Positions 20,919 through 30,343 of a DNA stretch of 50,906 bases are shown piece by piece. This DNA comes from a virus (lineage: Duplodnaviria > Caudoviricetes). Under the pieces are notes generated by a model that made no database searches, was not told the DNA's origin, and saw nothing but the letters and a program-made list of their open reading frames with translations. The stretch covers positions 1-50,906 of IMG/VR virus record IMGVR_UViG_3300005253_000221. One strand, given 5' to 3'. The stretch's first letter is position 1. Every line of letters starts with the position of its first letter. Both the position numbers and the translations under genes were made by a program.

Positions 20919-21355
20919 AAGTATCCCTTCAATTTGTGTTCCAGTTCAGGCACGCCATGTACTACGATGTACAGGCCCTTGCCTCTATGTACACGGGCCA
21001 TTCGTTTCAGCTGTGACCTGCTGAGCCTGCCGCCCTTCCCTTTCTTATACTCCACCTCCAGGTGTTTGCCACATGGTAGCATGCCGACCATGTCACCACC
21101 ACCGATGATGCCGTAAGCCAGGAAACTGCGGCTGTAGCCCAGCATACCGGCACCGTTATTCAACCTATCCATCACGCAGCCGTGGCGTTCGAGCCAGCTA
21201 TTACACAGCTTGGTTACCTCGGACTCGGGGGCGTCCTCGTCGACCGGCACCACTGACTTGGTAGGCATGCCACCTTGTGCATCGGTCATTTTGTCTTGAC
21301 CGAGGATCTTAGCGGCTATCCGCTTGAACCGCACTTCTTTGGATGGTCGCCTCAT
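20915..21355 (-). CDS. VRR-NUC nuclease / Holliday junction resolvase
   Basis: ESEV...GGGDMVG...LEVEYKK..GRLSRSQ. Confidence 0.85.
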   Translation of the reverse strand: MRRPSKEVRFKRIAAKILGQDKMTDAQGGMPTKSVVPVDEDAPESEVTKLCNSWLERHGCVMDRLNNGAGMLGYSRSFLAYGIIGGGDMVGMLPCGKHLEVEYKKGKGGRLSRSQLKRMARVHRGKGLYIVVHGVPELEHKLKGYL

Positions 21356-21543
21356 TTAACGTGTCTCCATAAACGGGTGAAGTCATAACCCTGATAGCTG
21401 GACATCTTTTCCAGTTCCCCCGGGGTAATGGCTTCAATAGTAGACTTCAGTAAATCTTCTATACACCAATCGAACCACTTGTTGTATTTCTTCTTCAGCC
21501 GCCATGACCTACACTTGCGTCCGCCTATTCTCATTTCGCGCAT
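21352..21543 (-). CDS. Hypothetical protein
   Basis: 63 aa, translationally coupled. Confidence 0.45.
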   Translation of the reverse strand: MREMRIGGRKCRSWRLKKKYNKWFDWCIEDLLKSTIEAITPGELEKMSSYQGYDFTRLWRHVK

Positions 21544-21731
21544 GCCTCTCTCATGTCCTCAAACGTCACTTCCTTGTGCCCTCTCGTGTACAGCTTCTGG
21601 CCTTTTTCTGAATATGTAGCTATTAGAAATGACCAATCTGAACTTGTAGCCATATAGTCAAGTACCTCCCCGTATATCCACTGGTCGTTTATCTTAAACG
21701 ATACATATTGTCCAACCAATGCTTTGCTCAT
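21531..21731 (-). CDS. Hypothetical protein (SH3-like beta protein)
   Basis: 66 aa, ATGA-coupled to the polymerase gene. Confidence 0.5.
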   Translation of the reverse strand: MSKALVGQYVSFKINDQWIYGEVLDYMATSSDWSFLIATYSEKGQKLYTRGHKEVTFEDMREACAK

Positions 21732-23863
21732 TTTGCATATACCTCCCTAAGTTTACCTTCTGCTCCAAGTGGTAGGCCGTGCGACCAGTCAGGCCCTGTT
21801 TCCATGATTGCGATCTGTTCTGCAAGGTGAGTCTCTGCGCTCTCTGTTGGTACCGATGCTGTGATGTCATCGTAGCAGTGTAGCACTACGTTGAAGTCGA
21901 AGCCTGCCGCGTGCTCCAGCTTTTCTATCCACCACACCATGAGGTCACGGCTTATCGCCTGGCATATGTTCTCTGTGATCGTGCCGCCCCATAGTATGCC
22001 CCACCTCCACTTCAGGTCACCATCTGGTGTTACCCTGGCCTTGCAGTACCGTAGCTTGCGACCAGATGGTAATTCAATGGTGGTGATACCGTTGAGGTAC
22101 TTGTTCAAAGATTGATTCTCGTGATAAAACTTCAACGAGATACTGGTGCGGGGTATGGGGACACGGATTACATTACCGGGATGCCGGGTAGCTACCTTCC
22201 ATGCCTTCTCTACCTTCCTCCAGAATCCGGGGATACACCTGTACTTGCCTCGATACGTGTCGATGATGCCCTTACAGAATTTCAGGTCATACTCACCTCT
22301 ATCGAAGTACGGCCTCAGCTTGTCGTTCTGTAGACACCTGCTGTGAAACTTAGCGCCACCCATACCGTAGCCACCGCCAAGGATGGAATCCTTTCCGAAT
22401 CCACGCTGCAGGTCAACTATGGTCTGTTGTCCGGCGTACTCTTCAACGTCGTTGTCTTCGTCCCACTTCCATACCCTCGCCTTGAAGATGTCCGATGACA
22501 GAGTAGAGTACGGGTCACCGTTGTTCCTGAAGTCCTCGGTCAGATCATGTTGACCAGCCAACCACGATAGTATCCTTGCTTCTATCTGACATGAGTCCGC
22601 CATCGACAGCTTCCCACCCTTCCGAGCTTTTAGCACGCTACGCACCTGGCTTATGAGGGTATGAATAGGCGTCATTCTACCCTTGCCCCCCATGTTGAGC
22701 AAGTTGATGGCGTGTCCACCGGTAAACCGCCCAGTGTGTGCACCATAATAGTGAAGCGGTACATGCAGCCCGTCGAACTGCGACTGGTCAAGTATTCCTC
22801 TCACCTTATCAATGTGGGTAGGCCATGACTTGATGCCGATTCTTGCCATCATAAGGTCACGCACTTTTTGATCAGTGTGTGCCTGCATCCACTTGCAGCC
22901 ATCGTCTTCCTTGGCGAATGCCGGTCGGGCCTTGAGCAGCGGGACATCATCGGACGGGTCACCATATTTTTCAAGTAGCGGTATCATGTTCTTCGATGCG
23001 TCGGGATACTTTCCTTTCTTGTTCTTGTCGCAGTGCTTCAGTGGCACACGCTCATCATGCACAGCCAGCAGCTCACCCATCTCAGTGATCAGTTTGATGG
23101 GGCTACCCAACATCTTGGCGTCGTACTCGCGACACATTTTCTTGAGCTGCAGTGTCATGCCTGTCTTGATGCGGGTGGCTCGTGGCCGGTCAATATCAAA
23201 CTGAGGGTTGATGTACAGATCAAGCGTATGTCGCGCCATGAATGCTTCAAGCGGCGTGTATTCTACTCGCGGTAGGTACCTCTCGAACAGCTCACACTGA
23301 TTATCAATGTCACGCTTAGTGTACTTGATAAACTGATCAAGCGCACGCGGGGATGCGATCAGCTCGTTATACGTTGTGTTAGCGAACGACGTGGTGTCAC
23401 CTTTACCCGGCAGCCCCTCCATCTTCGACACGTCCTTCAGGTGGTGGCTCATCCGCGCATCATAAAACCTAAGCAGATCATCTAGATCGATGATATACTC
23501 GGGAACGATACCGTAGTGATGCTGAAGTATCATCATGTCGAACTTGGCGTTTTTGGCCACGACAGTGACGCGTTCAAATTTTCTGCCGTATTTATAAAAA
23601 AGCCCCAAAAGATGCTGGGAAATGTCCGGTCCATTTATGACATATGTCTCATGATTGCGTCGAGGGGTCATCAACTGAAACCCGCACCCCAAGAACTCCC
23701 ACTCTGGATGCCGAATGTACTCTATGTTGGACTGGTACTCGAAGCCCATCTCAAAACGCTTGCCGAATCTGGCCTCGAAGTCCAACATCAACACATCAGT
23801 CGGATACTTAATCTTATTCAGAGCTTGTATCGTCTTCAATCTCATCGGTATCCTCCGCCGCAT
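21728..23863 (-). CDS. DNA polymerase family A with 3'-5' exonuclease (APSE-like)
   Basis: Exonuclease LDFE and NAKFD; HTGRFTG; motif A DSCQIEARIL; motif B RGFGKDSILGGGYGMG; ENICQAISRD; variant motif C HCYDDI. Confidence 0.92.
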   Translation of the reverse strand: MRRRIPMRLKTIQALNKIKYPTDVLMLDFEARFGKRFEMGFEYQSNIEYIRHPEWEFLGCGFQLMTPRRNHETYVINGPDISQHLLGLFYKYGRKFERVTVVAKNAKFDMMILQHHYGIVPEYIIDLDDLLRFYDARMSHHLKDVSKMEGLPGKGDTTSFANTTYNELIASPRALDQFIKYTKRDIDNQCELFERYLPRVEYTPLEAFMARHTLDLYINPQFDIDRPRATRIKTGMTLQLKKMCREYDAKMLGSPIKLITEMGELLAVHDERVPLKHCDKNKKGKYPDASKNMIPLLEKYGDPSDDVPLLKARPAFAKEDDGCKWMQAHTDQKVRDLMMARIGIKSWPTHIDKVRGILDQSQFDGLHVPLHYYGAHTGRFTGGHAINLLNMGGKGRMTPIHTLISQVRSVLKARKGGKLSMADSCQIEARILSWLAGQHDLTEDFRNNGDPYSTLSSDIFKARVWKWDEDNDVEEYAGQQTIVDLQRGFGKDSILGGGYGMGGAKFHSRCLQNDKLRPYFDRGEYDLKFCKGIIDTYRGKYRCIPGFWRKVEKAWKVATRHPGNVIRVPIPRTSISLKFYHENQSLNKYLNGITTIELPSGRKLRYCKARVTPDGDLKWRWGILWGGTITENICQAISRDLMVWWIEKLEHAAGFDFNVVLHCYDDITASVPTESAETHLAEQIAIMETGPDWSHGLPLGAEGKLREVYAK

Positions 23864-24350
23864 ACTTATCAGCCATGGCCTTCAACTCCGCATCGGTTTT
23901 ACCCTCAACCATCTTGTTGCTATTCTGTATGCGGTTGTTGACCAGACGATACCGGCATAGCGGCATTAGCGCTACCCTAATAGTATCACGATCACGCACG
24001 AGCTGATCGAAGTACTCGAACAGGTCACGTATCTCCTCCATGGCGGGGTCAGTCGGAGTGTCGTCGTACCTCCAGATGGCGGTGATCATACAAGACAGCT
24101 CAGCACCCAGGCACTGAGCCTTGATGCGTGACCTGGAACCAATGCCGTCGGACACATAGGGCAGACGAGACTGATCCCTGGACCCGTATGCGAAGATATA
24201 TTTGCGAACGAACTCTTCACACTGAGTATGGCCTTTAATAAACGGAAGATTCAAGGCTGAACCGAATACACCGTCCAACTCATCACGCAATTTCCTCATC
24301 ACCTGGTGGTGCTTGCGTTCGGCGAACTTACTCTTTTTTATCATCGTCAT
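23814..24350 (-). CDS. Hypothetical protein
   Basis: About 178 aa with an acidic tail; GGAG RBS before the ATG near 24350. Confidence 0.55.
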   Translation of the reverse strand: MTMIKKSKFAERKHHQVMRKLRDELDGVFGSALNLPFIKGHTQCEEFVRKYIFAYGSRDQSRLPYVSDGIGSRSRIKAQCLGAELSCMITAIWRYDDTPTDPAMEEIRDLFEYFDQLVRDRDTIRVALMPLCRYRLVNNRIQNSNKMVEGKTDAELKAMADKYAAEDTDEIEDDTSSE

Positions 24351-24459
24351 TGTCTCCAAAGAAGCATGCTTCACACAGTAACGCAGGACAACTGAGGTAT
24401 TCCCCTGTCGACAAAGCTATAGTCCCCTCATTTTTCTTGCACTCATCGCACTTACTCAT
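24328..24459 (-). CDS. Small zinc-finger protein
   Basis: 43 aa MSKCDECKK...LLCEACFFG; not in the ORF track. Confidence 0.5.
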   Translation of the reverse strand: MSKCDECKKNEGTIALSTGEYLSCPALLCEACFFGDNDDDKKE

Positions 24460-24461
24460 AA

Positions 24462-25166
24462 CTAACCACGTTTCCTTTCAAATCGTGACCGGTGCCACCT
24501 CTCCCCAACACCACACGGCATGATGAAGTGTTGCGGTGTGCCATCTAAGATCACGCCAGCCGATAGAACTGGTCGTTTCTTGTAGTACCTGCTGTAGTTA
24601 AACTGCGGTGCCTTGACGTCGATGCCGCATCCCGTATCCATCGCGAAGATTCTCTTGTCTGGGTTGCACGCCCACTTAATACCGGATGCTGAGTGACAGT
24701 GGCCCATCACCGTGGACATGAGCATGGCCTTCGTGGCGTTATATGCAGGGTGAATACCCGAGCAGCCAGTGCCGTGGAAGTAGTACACATCATCAATCTT
24801 TACGTCATTGACCCACTTCCAGGTCGGCGTATCCCACACCTTGTTGTAGTCGCCAAGATACGGGGTTGTAATGTTTACGCTCTTGGCCAATCGAACCACC
24901 CGCTCATCATGGTTGCCGATAGTGACCCACGCTTTGGGAAAGTCCTTATGCCACAGTCGAACTTTTTTCCTGGTCCGCTTGTATTCCTCACTGGGACCAG
25001 GACAATCGGGATCACGCTCATGGAAGCTGATGTTGTGGTGGTCCACGACATCACCGATGATCACGGTCTTGTTGCACTTGTACTTGTTGTGCAGCCATCG
25101 CATCCATGCCCGATAGGCCGGATGCGTAGCATCCTCATGTGGATCTCCAACGGCTAATACTTTCAT
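24462..25166 (-). CDS. Calcineurin-like metallophosphoesterase
   Basis: GDPH, GDVVD, GNHD, FHG and GHCH motifs. Confidence 0.92.
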   Translation of the reverse strand: MKVLAVGDPHEDATHPAYRAWMRWLHNKYKCNKTVIIGDVVDHHNISFHERDPDCPGPSEEYKRTRKKVRLWHKDFPKAWVTIGNHDERVVRLAKSVNITTPYLGDYNKVWDTPTWKWVNDVKIDDVYYFHGTGCSGIHPAYNATKAMLMSTVMGHCHSASGIKWACNPDKRIFAMDTGCGIDVKAPQFNYSRYYKKRPVLSAGVILDGTPQHFIMPCGVGERWHRSRFERKRG

Positions 25167-25582
25167 TTGTTGTATCCTTTTAGGACGGTGGTGAAGTGTT
25201 GGTGAACCCAGGTGTAGAGGTCTTCCTTATTATAAAATACTGGTTTGTCCGCCGCTCGGAACCACTTTTCCTCCTCATCGGCCCCTCTCGACTCTGTTTG
25301 CTCATAGTTCAGTTCGGTGCAAATCGCAGGTATTCGCAGGAGGGCGTCATACAAGGAGAACATGGCCTCGTCCGCATTCATCCAATCCCGGTACCCCCGA
25401 GGGAACATCATGTGTTGGAAGTGGGTCCATAAAGGCGTCACCGGCCACACAACCCCATCGGTCAACAACTCATCCCACACCTTACAGGACGCTCTCACAT
25501 TCAAAGCCTGGTCTCCCCTCGTATAAGGGCTTGCAATGTACACTACTGGCTTATCTGGTCTCTTGCTTTTCGGATCTTGCAT
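25163..25582 (-). CDS. Nucleoside 2-deoxyribosyltransferase-like protein (DUF1937/DUF4406-like)
   Basis: VYIASPYT...ESRGADEE...KPVF. Confidence 0.75.
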   Translation of the reverse strand: MQDPKSKRPDKPVVYIASPYTRGDQALNVRASCKVWDELLTDGVVWPVTPLWTHFQHMMFPRGYRDWMNADEAMFSLYDALLRIPAICTELNYEQTESRGADEEEKWFRAADKPVFYNKEDLYTWVHQHFTTVLKGYNK

Positions 25583-26030
25583 CGTCTAGTATCCTTTGTG
25601 TAAATGGTTCAACTCTCGCAGAGCACCTATCTAGTATTTCTCCGGCTAATACGCTTAGACCGGGCTTGTTAAGATTGCCAGGTAACTGTGGAGGTCTATC
25701 ATCTACCCAGTTTTCCATGTGTTGACCGTCGCGCAGCACGGCTAAAGTTGCCATGGCTTTGATAATATGAGGTAGGCCGCTGTCCGGGTCGATGTCCTCG
25801 CCTTCCCACCAACTCATTATGTGACCGATTGCTGCGTCGTAATACACCGACGCGAGCACACCGGCGACACGGTAGTTATGTCGCCCATATTTTGCAGATC
25901 CCTCCAACATTGCAAGCCCAATTTCAAGCATGACACGAGACGGCACTGTACTCATTGGTGCCTTGCGCGCCCCCACCGCGTCCTTGGGGTTTACCTCTTT
26001 CGTGGTCACATTTTTCCTTTCTATTACCAT
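25551..26030 (-). CDS. dATP/dGTP diphosphohydrolase-domain protein (DUF5664-like)
   Basis: NPKDAVG..K, GSAKYGRHN, WWEGEDIDPDSGLPH, DDRP. Confidence 0.85.
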   Translation of the reverse strand: MVIERKNVTTKEVNPKDAVGARKAPMSTVPSRVMLEIGLAMLEGSAKYGRHNYRVAGVLASVYYDAAIGHIMSWWEGEDIDPDSGLPHIIKAMATLAVLRDGQHMENWVDDRPPQLPGNLNKPGLSVLAGEILDRCSARVEPFTQRILDDARSEKQETR

Positions 26031-26398
26031 TTGCGTGTCACTTCCCCGTCCATGGTACTGTCATACGATAACATGGGTTTACGATCATGCTTGGGGATTA
26101 GCCCCTTCTTACGCAGTGCCCTAAGATGATCCTTTACTGTGCTGCAGGACACGCCCGTTACCTCTGCTATGTCATAGATCCTCATATTTTCCATCATGTA
26201 TAGCTGAAGAATGTGTGCCTTTTTGCGTGACAGTATTGGGAATAGGTACGGGGCTATCTTCTCTGCCTTCTCAAGCATACGGTACGCTGTCGGTGTGCTG
26301 ATGTTCATCTCTCTGGCCGCCACTTCGACCGACTTTCCTTCGTGCTCGTGATGCACCTTGCCAATGAGGATGCCCATATTTTTGGTTATTTTCTCCAT
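26024..26398 (-). CDS. Double-HTH, sigma-70 region 4-like transcription regulator
   Basis: AAREMNISTPTAYRML and DIAEVTGVSCSTVKDHL. Confidence 0.75.
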   Translation of the reverse strand: MEKITKNMGILIGKVHHEHEGKSVEVAAREMNISTPTAYRMLEKAEKIAPYLFPILSRKKAHILQLYMMENMRIYDIAEVTGVSCSTVKDHLRALRKKGLIPKHDRKPMLSYDSTMDGEVTRKW

Positions 26399-26709
26399 AC
26401 TTCATTCTCGTCAATCTCCCTGCCGATATCTCTATGCAGAGCTGCCGACTCCTTAACTTGATTGAACATTGCACCTACCCCTACTTCGGCAGATCTAAAA
26501 ACAAGCAACCACATTGTCTGTTCGACATCGGACATCTTGTTTTTGCCCGCATCGAATGAACGATGACAAACTATCAACGCATTAGTGACCGATTTCATAT
26601 CTTTTGACAAGGAGGCCATAATCGCATTCTTTCGACTGTTGATACGGATACCTGCCCTGGTCAATGGTGCGAACCCGCCCCCGGATTCGACCTCACCCTT
26701 GGCTGACAT
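26386..26709 (-). CDS. Hypothetical protein
   Basis: 107 aa, overlapping both neighbours. Confidence 0.5.
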   Translation of the reverse strand: MSAKGEVESGGGFAPLTRAGIRINSRKNAIMASLSKDMKSVTNALIVCHRSFDAGKNKMSDVEQTMWLLVFRSAEVGVGAMFNQVKESAALHRDIGREIDENEVWRK

Positions 26710-28582
26710 TCATCACCTCTTTCCTTACTTCTTTTATTAGATCAAAATCAGATACGAGATCCACCAACTTCAACTCTGAGAGCCCACTTTGGCGCTCACC
26801 CACCAGTTCACCCGGTCCGCGCATCGCCAGGTCTTGCTGTGCTATCTCGAAGCCGTCGTCATGTTCAACTAGGTACTGCAGTTTCTCCAGTGCAGCGGGC
26901 TCGTCAGTGTTGGCCATGAGATAACACACCGATGGCCGATCACCCCGACCGATGCGTCCTCGCAACTGATGTAGCTGGGATAAGCCGAACATGTGTGCCT
27001 CGTGAATGACCATGATGTTGGCCTCGGGCACGTCTACTCCTACCTCCACCATGGAGGTACAGAACAGAATGTTGCACTCGCCTGTCTTGAACATGTCCAT
27101 CTCATGCTCATTCAACTCAGTGGTCTGACTACCAGCCAGTACAGCTATACCGTTACTGTGCCTGTGCTTTAACGATAGTCCCTGGCATGCCTCGTTCAGC
27201 CCACCTGGTCCCTCTATGCGGGGGAACACCACGTACATCCTGTCGCCCTCTGACATGCGACACTCGTTCTCTGTAAACATCTCGTCTACCCGCTGCGGGT
27301 ACACTAGGTGGGTGAATCTCATCTTCCTCTTAGAGGGCATCGTCTTGATCGTTGTCACGTCTAGGTCACCGAACGCTGTCATGCACAGGACCTGGGGTAT
27401 CGGTGTTGCTGTCATGTACAGCCGGTGGATGCCCGGATATCTCTTCACCAGCAGTTCCTTCTGGTCACGACCGAACTTCTGCTCCTCGTCGATGATGAGG
27501 AGGCCAAGTCGGTCGAATGTTATCCTATCAGACAAAGCCGATGTAGTAGCGACAATCACATCTCGTTTGTGGCAATGTCCACTACTGTATCCCGATGTCA
27601 CCAGCCCAACGCCATACCCGCAGTCACCGATATATTCTCGCCACTTGCGATAGTGTTGCCGAGCCAGCACCTGCGTCGGGCATAGTACGATGGTCTGGTA
27701 CCCTGCATTGGCCACGGCCACTGATGCACCCACTGCCACCACCGTCTTCCCACACCCAACGTCACCTTGCAACAGACGGTACATGGGGGTGTTCAGGTCA
27801 AGGTCATGGAACACTTCGGCGAATGCTGTCAGTTGGCCAGTGGTGAGCGTAAAGGGCAGTGAATCTCTGAAGTGTCGTAAGCATCGAGTTGATTCGCTAT
27901 TCGCACCGTAGCCCATACCAATCGTCTGATAACCACCATGTATCAGTGCCCGATCCTTCTTGTTTCCCTCGAATAGACGCACCAGCTCGTCACGCTTTAA
28001 CGCCTGCTTGCCATCGCTGAGCATCCTCTTGTCCTTTGGCGTGTGTATCCATCCGTATGCACACATTAGCTCGGGGCTCAGACCCAACTCTCCGCGTTTG
28101 GCCAACACCTGTCTCATCAGCTTGGCTATGAACTCACTGCTTGCCTTGGCACTAGCCGGGTAGACAGCCATCGCTGTCTGCCCAAGGTCACCGGCCTCTC
28201 CCTTCTTCCATCGGGGGGATACCATCTGATCTAGCCCAGTGTACTCGGTTACCTTCCCCCATACTGTGACAGTCGGATGTCCCCGCAACGCCTTCATAAG
28301 GTACGGTGAATTGAACCATATCAGACTCATGACGCTGTCGTCGTTGGCAGTGATCGATGCCCTCACTGCCCCACCCCGAGTTATGGGATTAGACAACTTT
28401 CCTGTCAGTATGACTGTGTCCCCTACACCTGCACCTATAGGTGTCGTCTGTCTCGCGAATACCCATTCCCGAGGGTAATATCTCAATAGGTCCTGTATGG
28501 TATCCAACCCAAGCTCTCTTAAGGCTTCTATTCTCTTGGGCCCTACTCCTTTTAGGAATCTTACACTGTCATACAATTTCAT
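26693..28582 (-). CDS. recG: ATP-dependent DNA helicase RecG
   Basis: LKGVGPKR/DLLRYYPR N-terminus, OB wedge domain, RLLQGDVGCGKT, PTQVLARQH, MTATPIP, EVGVDVP, QLHQLRGRIGRG and TRG motif DLAMRGPGELVGERQSG. Confidence 0.93.
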   Translation of the reverse strand: MKLYDSVRFLKGVGPKRIEALRELGLDTIQDLLRYYPREWVFARQTTPIGAGVGDTVILTGKLSNPITRGGAVRASITANDDSVMSLIWFNSPYLMKALRGHPTVTVWGKVTEYTGLDQMVSPRWKKGEAGDLGQTAMAVYPASAKASSEFIAKLMRQVLAKRGELGLSPELMCAYGWIHTPKDKRMLSDGKQALKRDELVRLFEGNKKDRALIHGGYQTIGMGYGANSESTRCLRHFRDSLPFTLTTGQLTAFAEVFHDLDLNTPMYRLLQGDVGCGKTVVAVGASVAVANAGYQTIVLCPTQVLARQHYRKWREYIGDCGYGVGLVTSGYSSGHCHKRDVIVATTSALSDRITFDRLGLLIIDEEQKFGRDQKELLVKRYPGIHRLYMTATPIPQVLCMTAFGDLDVTTIKTMPSKRKMRFTHLVYPQRVDEMFTENECRMSEGDRMYVVFPRIEGPGGLNEACQGLSLKHRHSNGIAVLAGSQTTELNEHEMDMFKTGECNILFCTSMVEVGVDVPEANIMVIHEAHMFGLSQLHQLRGRIGRGDRPSVCYLMANTDEPAALEKLQYLVEHDDGFEIAQQDLAMRGPGELVGERQSGLSELKLVDLVSDFDLIKEVRKEVMNVSQG

Positions 28583-29012
28583 CGCTCACCACCCCCACAT
28601 AAATGTCTCGCAGTCGCACACCCCTGTAAATGGATATCTGCTTGCCCTCGACCCACTTGCGTGCCCACGTGATGTGCGGGAACCGACCGCTGATTAGTCT
28701 GCCGAATCTACCCGATGACAAACCACCCTTATAGTCAGACCGGAAGGTGCACCATATTCTGAACAGCCTGGAAGACTCGACCCAATAGTCTGACCGAACG
28801 TCGCAACACTCCCACATAAAGTTCTCTATGTTCGATCTAAACCTGACCTCTTGTATGATGGTGGCTTTAACATCCTCTGGACACACGACGTGATTACGAT
28901 CTCCCAGTTTTTGGACTGTCATCTGCAGACCCATGTGCAGTATGTCCTCGGTCATCTCGAACCCATCCTGAATCAGGTGGTCTGCCACCTCTAGCTCTAC
29001 TCTATATTTCAT
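28569..29012 (-). CDS. Protein with primase-type C-terminal winged-helix domain
   Basis: IENFMWECC...LFRIWCTF...FGRLI...YRGVRL parallels the primase C-terminus VSSFTDECC...LFSAWCTW...FAKWL...LTGVKL. ATG 29012 with GGGGA RBS. Confidence 0.65.
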   Translation of the reverse strand: MKYRVELEVADHLIQDGFEMTEDILHMGLQMTVQKLGDRNHVVCPEDVKATIIQEVRFRSNIENFMWECCDVRSDYWVESSRLFRIWCTFRSDYKGGLSSGRFGRLISGRFPHITWARKWVEGKQISIYRGVRLRDIYVGVVSDEIV

Positions 29013-29221
29013 TACTTCCCCTTCTTGCACATAAAGTACAACAGAGCCCCGACAAAGACGAAAAAAAGTATCGCACCCGGCAGTACGATGCCGATCCATA
29101 GCGGAGCTGTCACCCACCACCAGGACCATGTGATCACGCTGCATAACTTTAGGGTTATGAAGACCACTGTTAGCAGCCCGCAAAATCCGATACTGCCACT
29201 GCTTGAACTTGGTTTACTCAT
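29012..29221 (-). CDS. Small membrane protein
   Basis: GIGF-like GSIGFCGLLTVVFITLKL..VITWSWWWVTAPLW, a common phage two-helix family. Confidence 0.75.
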   Translation of the reverse strand: MSKPSSSSGSIGFCGLLTVVFITLKLCSVITWSWWWVTAPLWIGIVLPGAILFFVFVGALLYFMCKKGK

Positions 29222-29364
29222 AGGATTATCCCGCTATCATTCCACTGATTCGTTATGAAGGGATAACTGCCGCAGATCCCAACTATCAATGTCACTTCGT
29301 CGGCGTCATAGTCGTCTATTATCACATTGCCGTTCTTCGTCATAACTCACGTCACTTTCCTTTC

Positions 29365-29970
29365 TTACAACGCGGTAACTTTGTTTATTAATTTAACCAG
29401 GTCAATTCCGCGTCCTTCTGCTGCTGCTGCTGCTGCTGCCCACGCTGCTGCCTCTGCTGCCCACGCTGCTGCCTCTGCTGCTGCCCTTGCTGCCCTTGCC
29501 CACGGTGCTGCTGCTGCTGCTTCTGCTGCTGCTGCTGCCTCTGCCCTTGCTGCCCTTGCTGCCCTTGCTGCTGGTGCCGTGTCTTTTCCACTTAACCAGT
29601 CGCTAGACCACGAAACATAGTCTTCGCTTTGGTCAACTTCTAGGGAACAAAGTATAGCAAACCTAACCCGCTGATTTGTGGATACTCTTATACCATGAAG
29701 GTCTCTTATCACCTTCATGTGTTTGTGCCCTCTTTTCAAACCATTGTCGTTTAGCGACGCTCCCTGCGCCTTAACCTCGCACACGATAGGATCGCATATA
29801 TTGGCGTGTATAGGATTCATGACAATAGCGAGATACGGATCGTCGTAGCTGTGAAGGTATCCGCCGCTACATAAACCGCCGCCACCAACGGCCTCGTTCC
29901 ACGTGCCAATAGGCCACTTCATCCCGCCGTGTGATGTCCTGTCTTGATTCAATAGTTTATACTGTTTCAT
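29365..29970 (-). CDS. Phage protein with Ala-rich AARAA/AAWAA repeat
   Basis: Globular N-terminus (LCSGGYLHSY) followed by a low-complexity Ala tract; ATG 29970. Confidence 0.7.
   Translation of the reverse strand: MKQYKLLNQDRTSHGGMKWPIGTWNEAVGGGGLCSGGYLHSYDDPYLAIVMNPIHANICDPIVCEVKAQGASLNDNGLKRGHKHMKVIRDLHGIRVSTNQRVRFAILCSLEVDQSEDYVSWSSDWLSGKDTAPAARAARAARAEAAAAAEAAAAAPWARAARAAAEAAAWAAEAAAWAAAAAAAEGRGIDLVKLINKVTAL
29416..29573 (-). repeat. GCA-based coding microsatellite
   Basis: Runs of GCA with AGG, GAG and TGG interruptions, encoding the Ala tract. Confidence 0.9.
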
Positions 29971-30134
29971 TTCTTTTTTCTCCTGCAACCGCATTGCATG
30001 CGTGGTTTATCGCATTCTTTACACCATCCACAGTATGTGTGCCTACTACCCTCCTTGATGCAGTTCACCCGCCCCATGTCATCATACTTGGGCCACTCTC
30101 CCATCGCCTTCCTGAACTTGAACCGGGTGATCAT
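29967..30134 (-). CDS. Small Cys-rich phage protein
   Basis: 55 aa MITRFKFRKAMGEWPKYDDMGRVNC...HTYCGWCKECDKPRMQCGC; ATGA-coupled at both ends; not in the ORF track. Confidence 0.65.
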   Translation of the reverse strand: MITRFKFRKAMGEWPKYDDMGRVNCIKEGSRHTYCGWCKECDKPRMQCGCRRKKK

Positions 30135-30343
30135 TGCACACGCTGCCCGCTGCCCGGCATTAGAAGGTCATTCAGATAGTCAGGCTCCAGTCCGAAGTGC
30201 TCCTCGCAGAAGGTGTCTGTGTCCAGGATGCCGCCCGTTATAAGCAGCAGGTTTAGCTCATACTTGGCCTCAGAGAACTTCTCTCTGGCATCCTCTTCAG
30301 ACATGTTGTCACGCTCCACCAAGATCTTCACTATCCGTTCCAT
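30131..30343 (-). CDS. Hypothetical protein
   Basis: 70 aa, ILVERDNMSEEDA...FGLEPDYL (common phage family); GAGG RBS. Confidence 0.7.
   Translation of the reverse strand: MERIVKILVERDNMSEEDAREKFSEAKYELNLLLITGGILDTDTFCEEHFGLEPDYLNDLLMPGSGQRVQ

Noticed and set aside
25551-26030. Z-genome (2-aminoadenine) pathway
   Set aside because: No PurZ or adenylosuccinate-synthetase-like gene is visible anywhere in the genome.
29416-29573. Ala/GCA repeat as a novel element, and the poly-Gln and antisense ORFs over it
   Set aside because: Low-complexity tract of a familiar phage protein type; the other frames are shadows.
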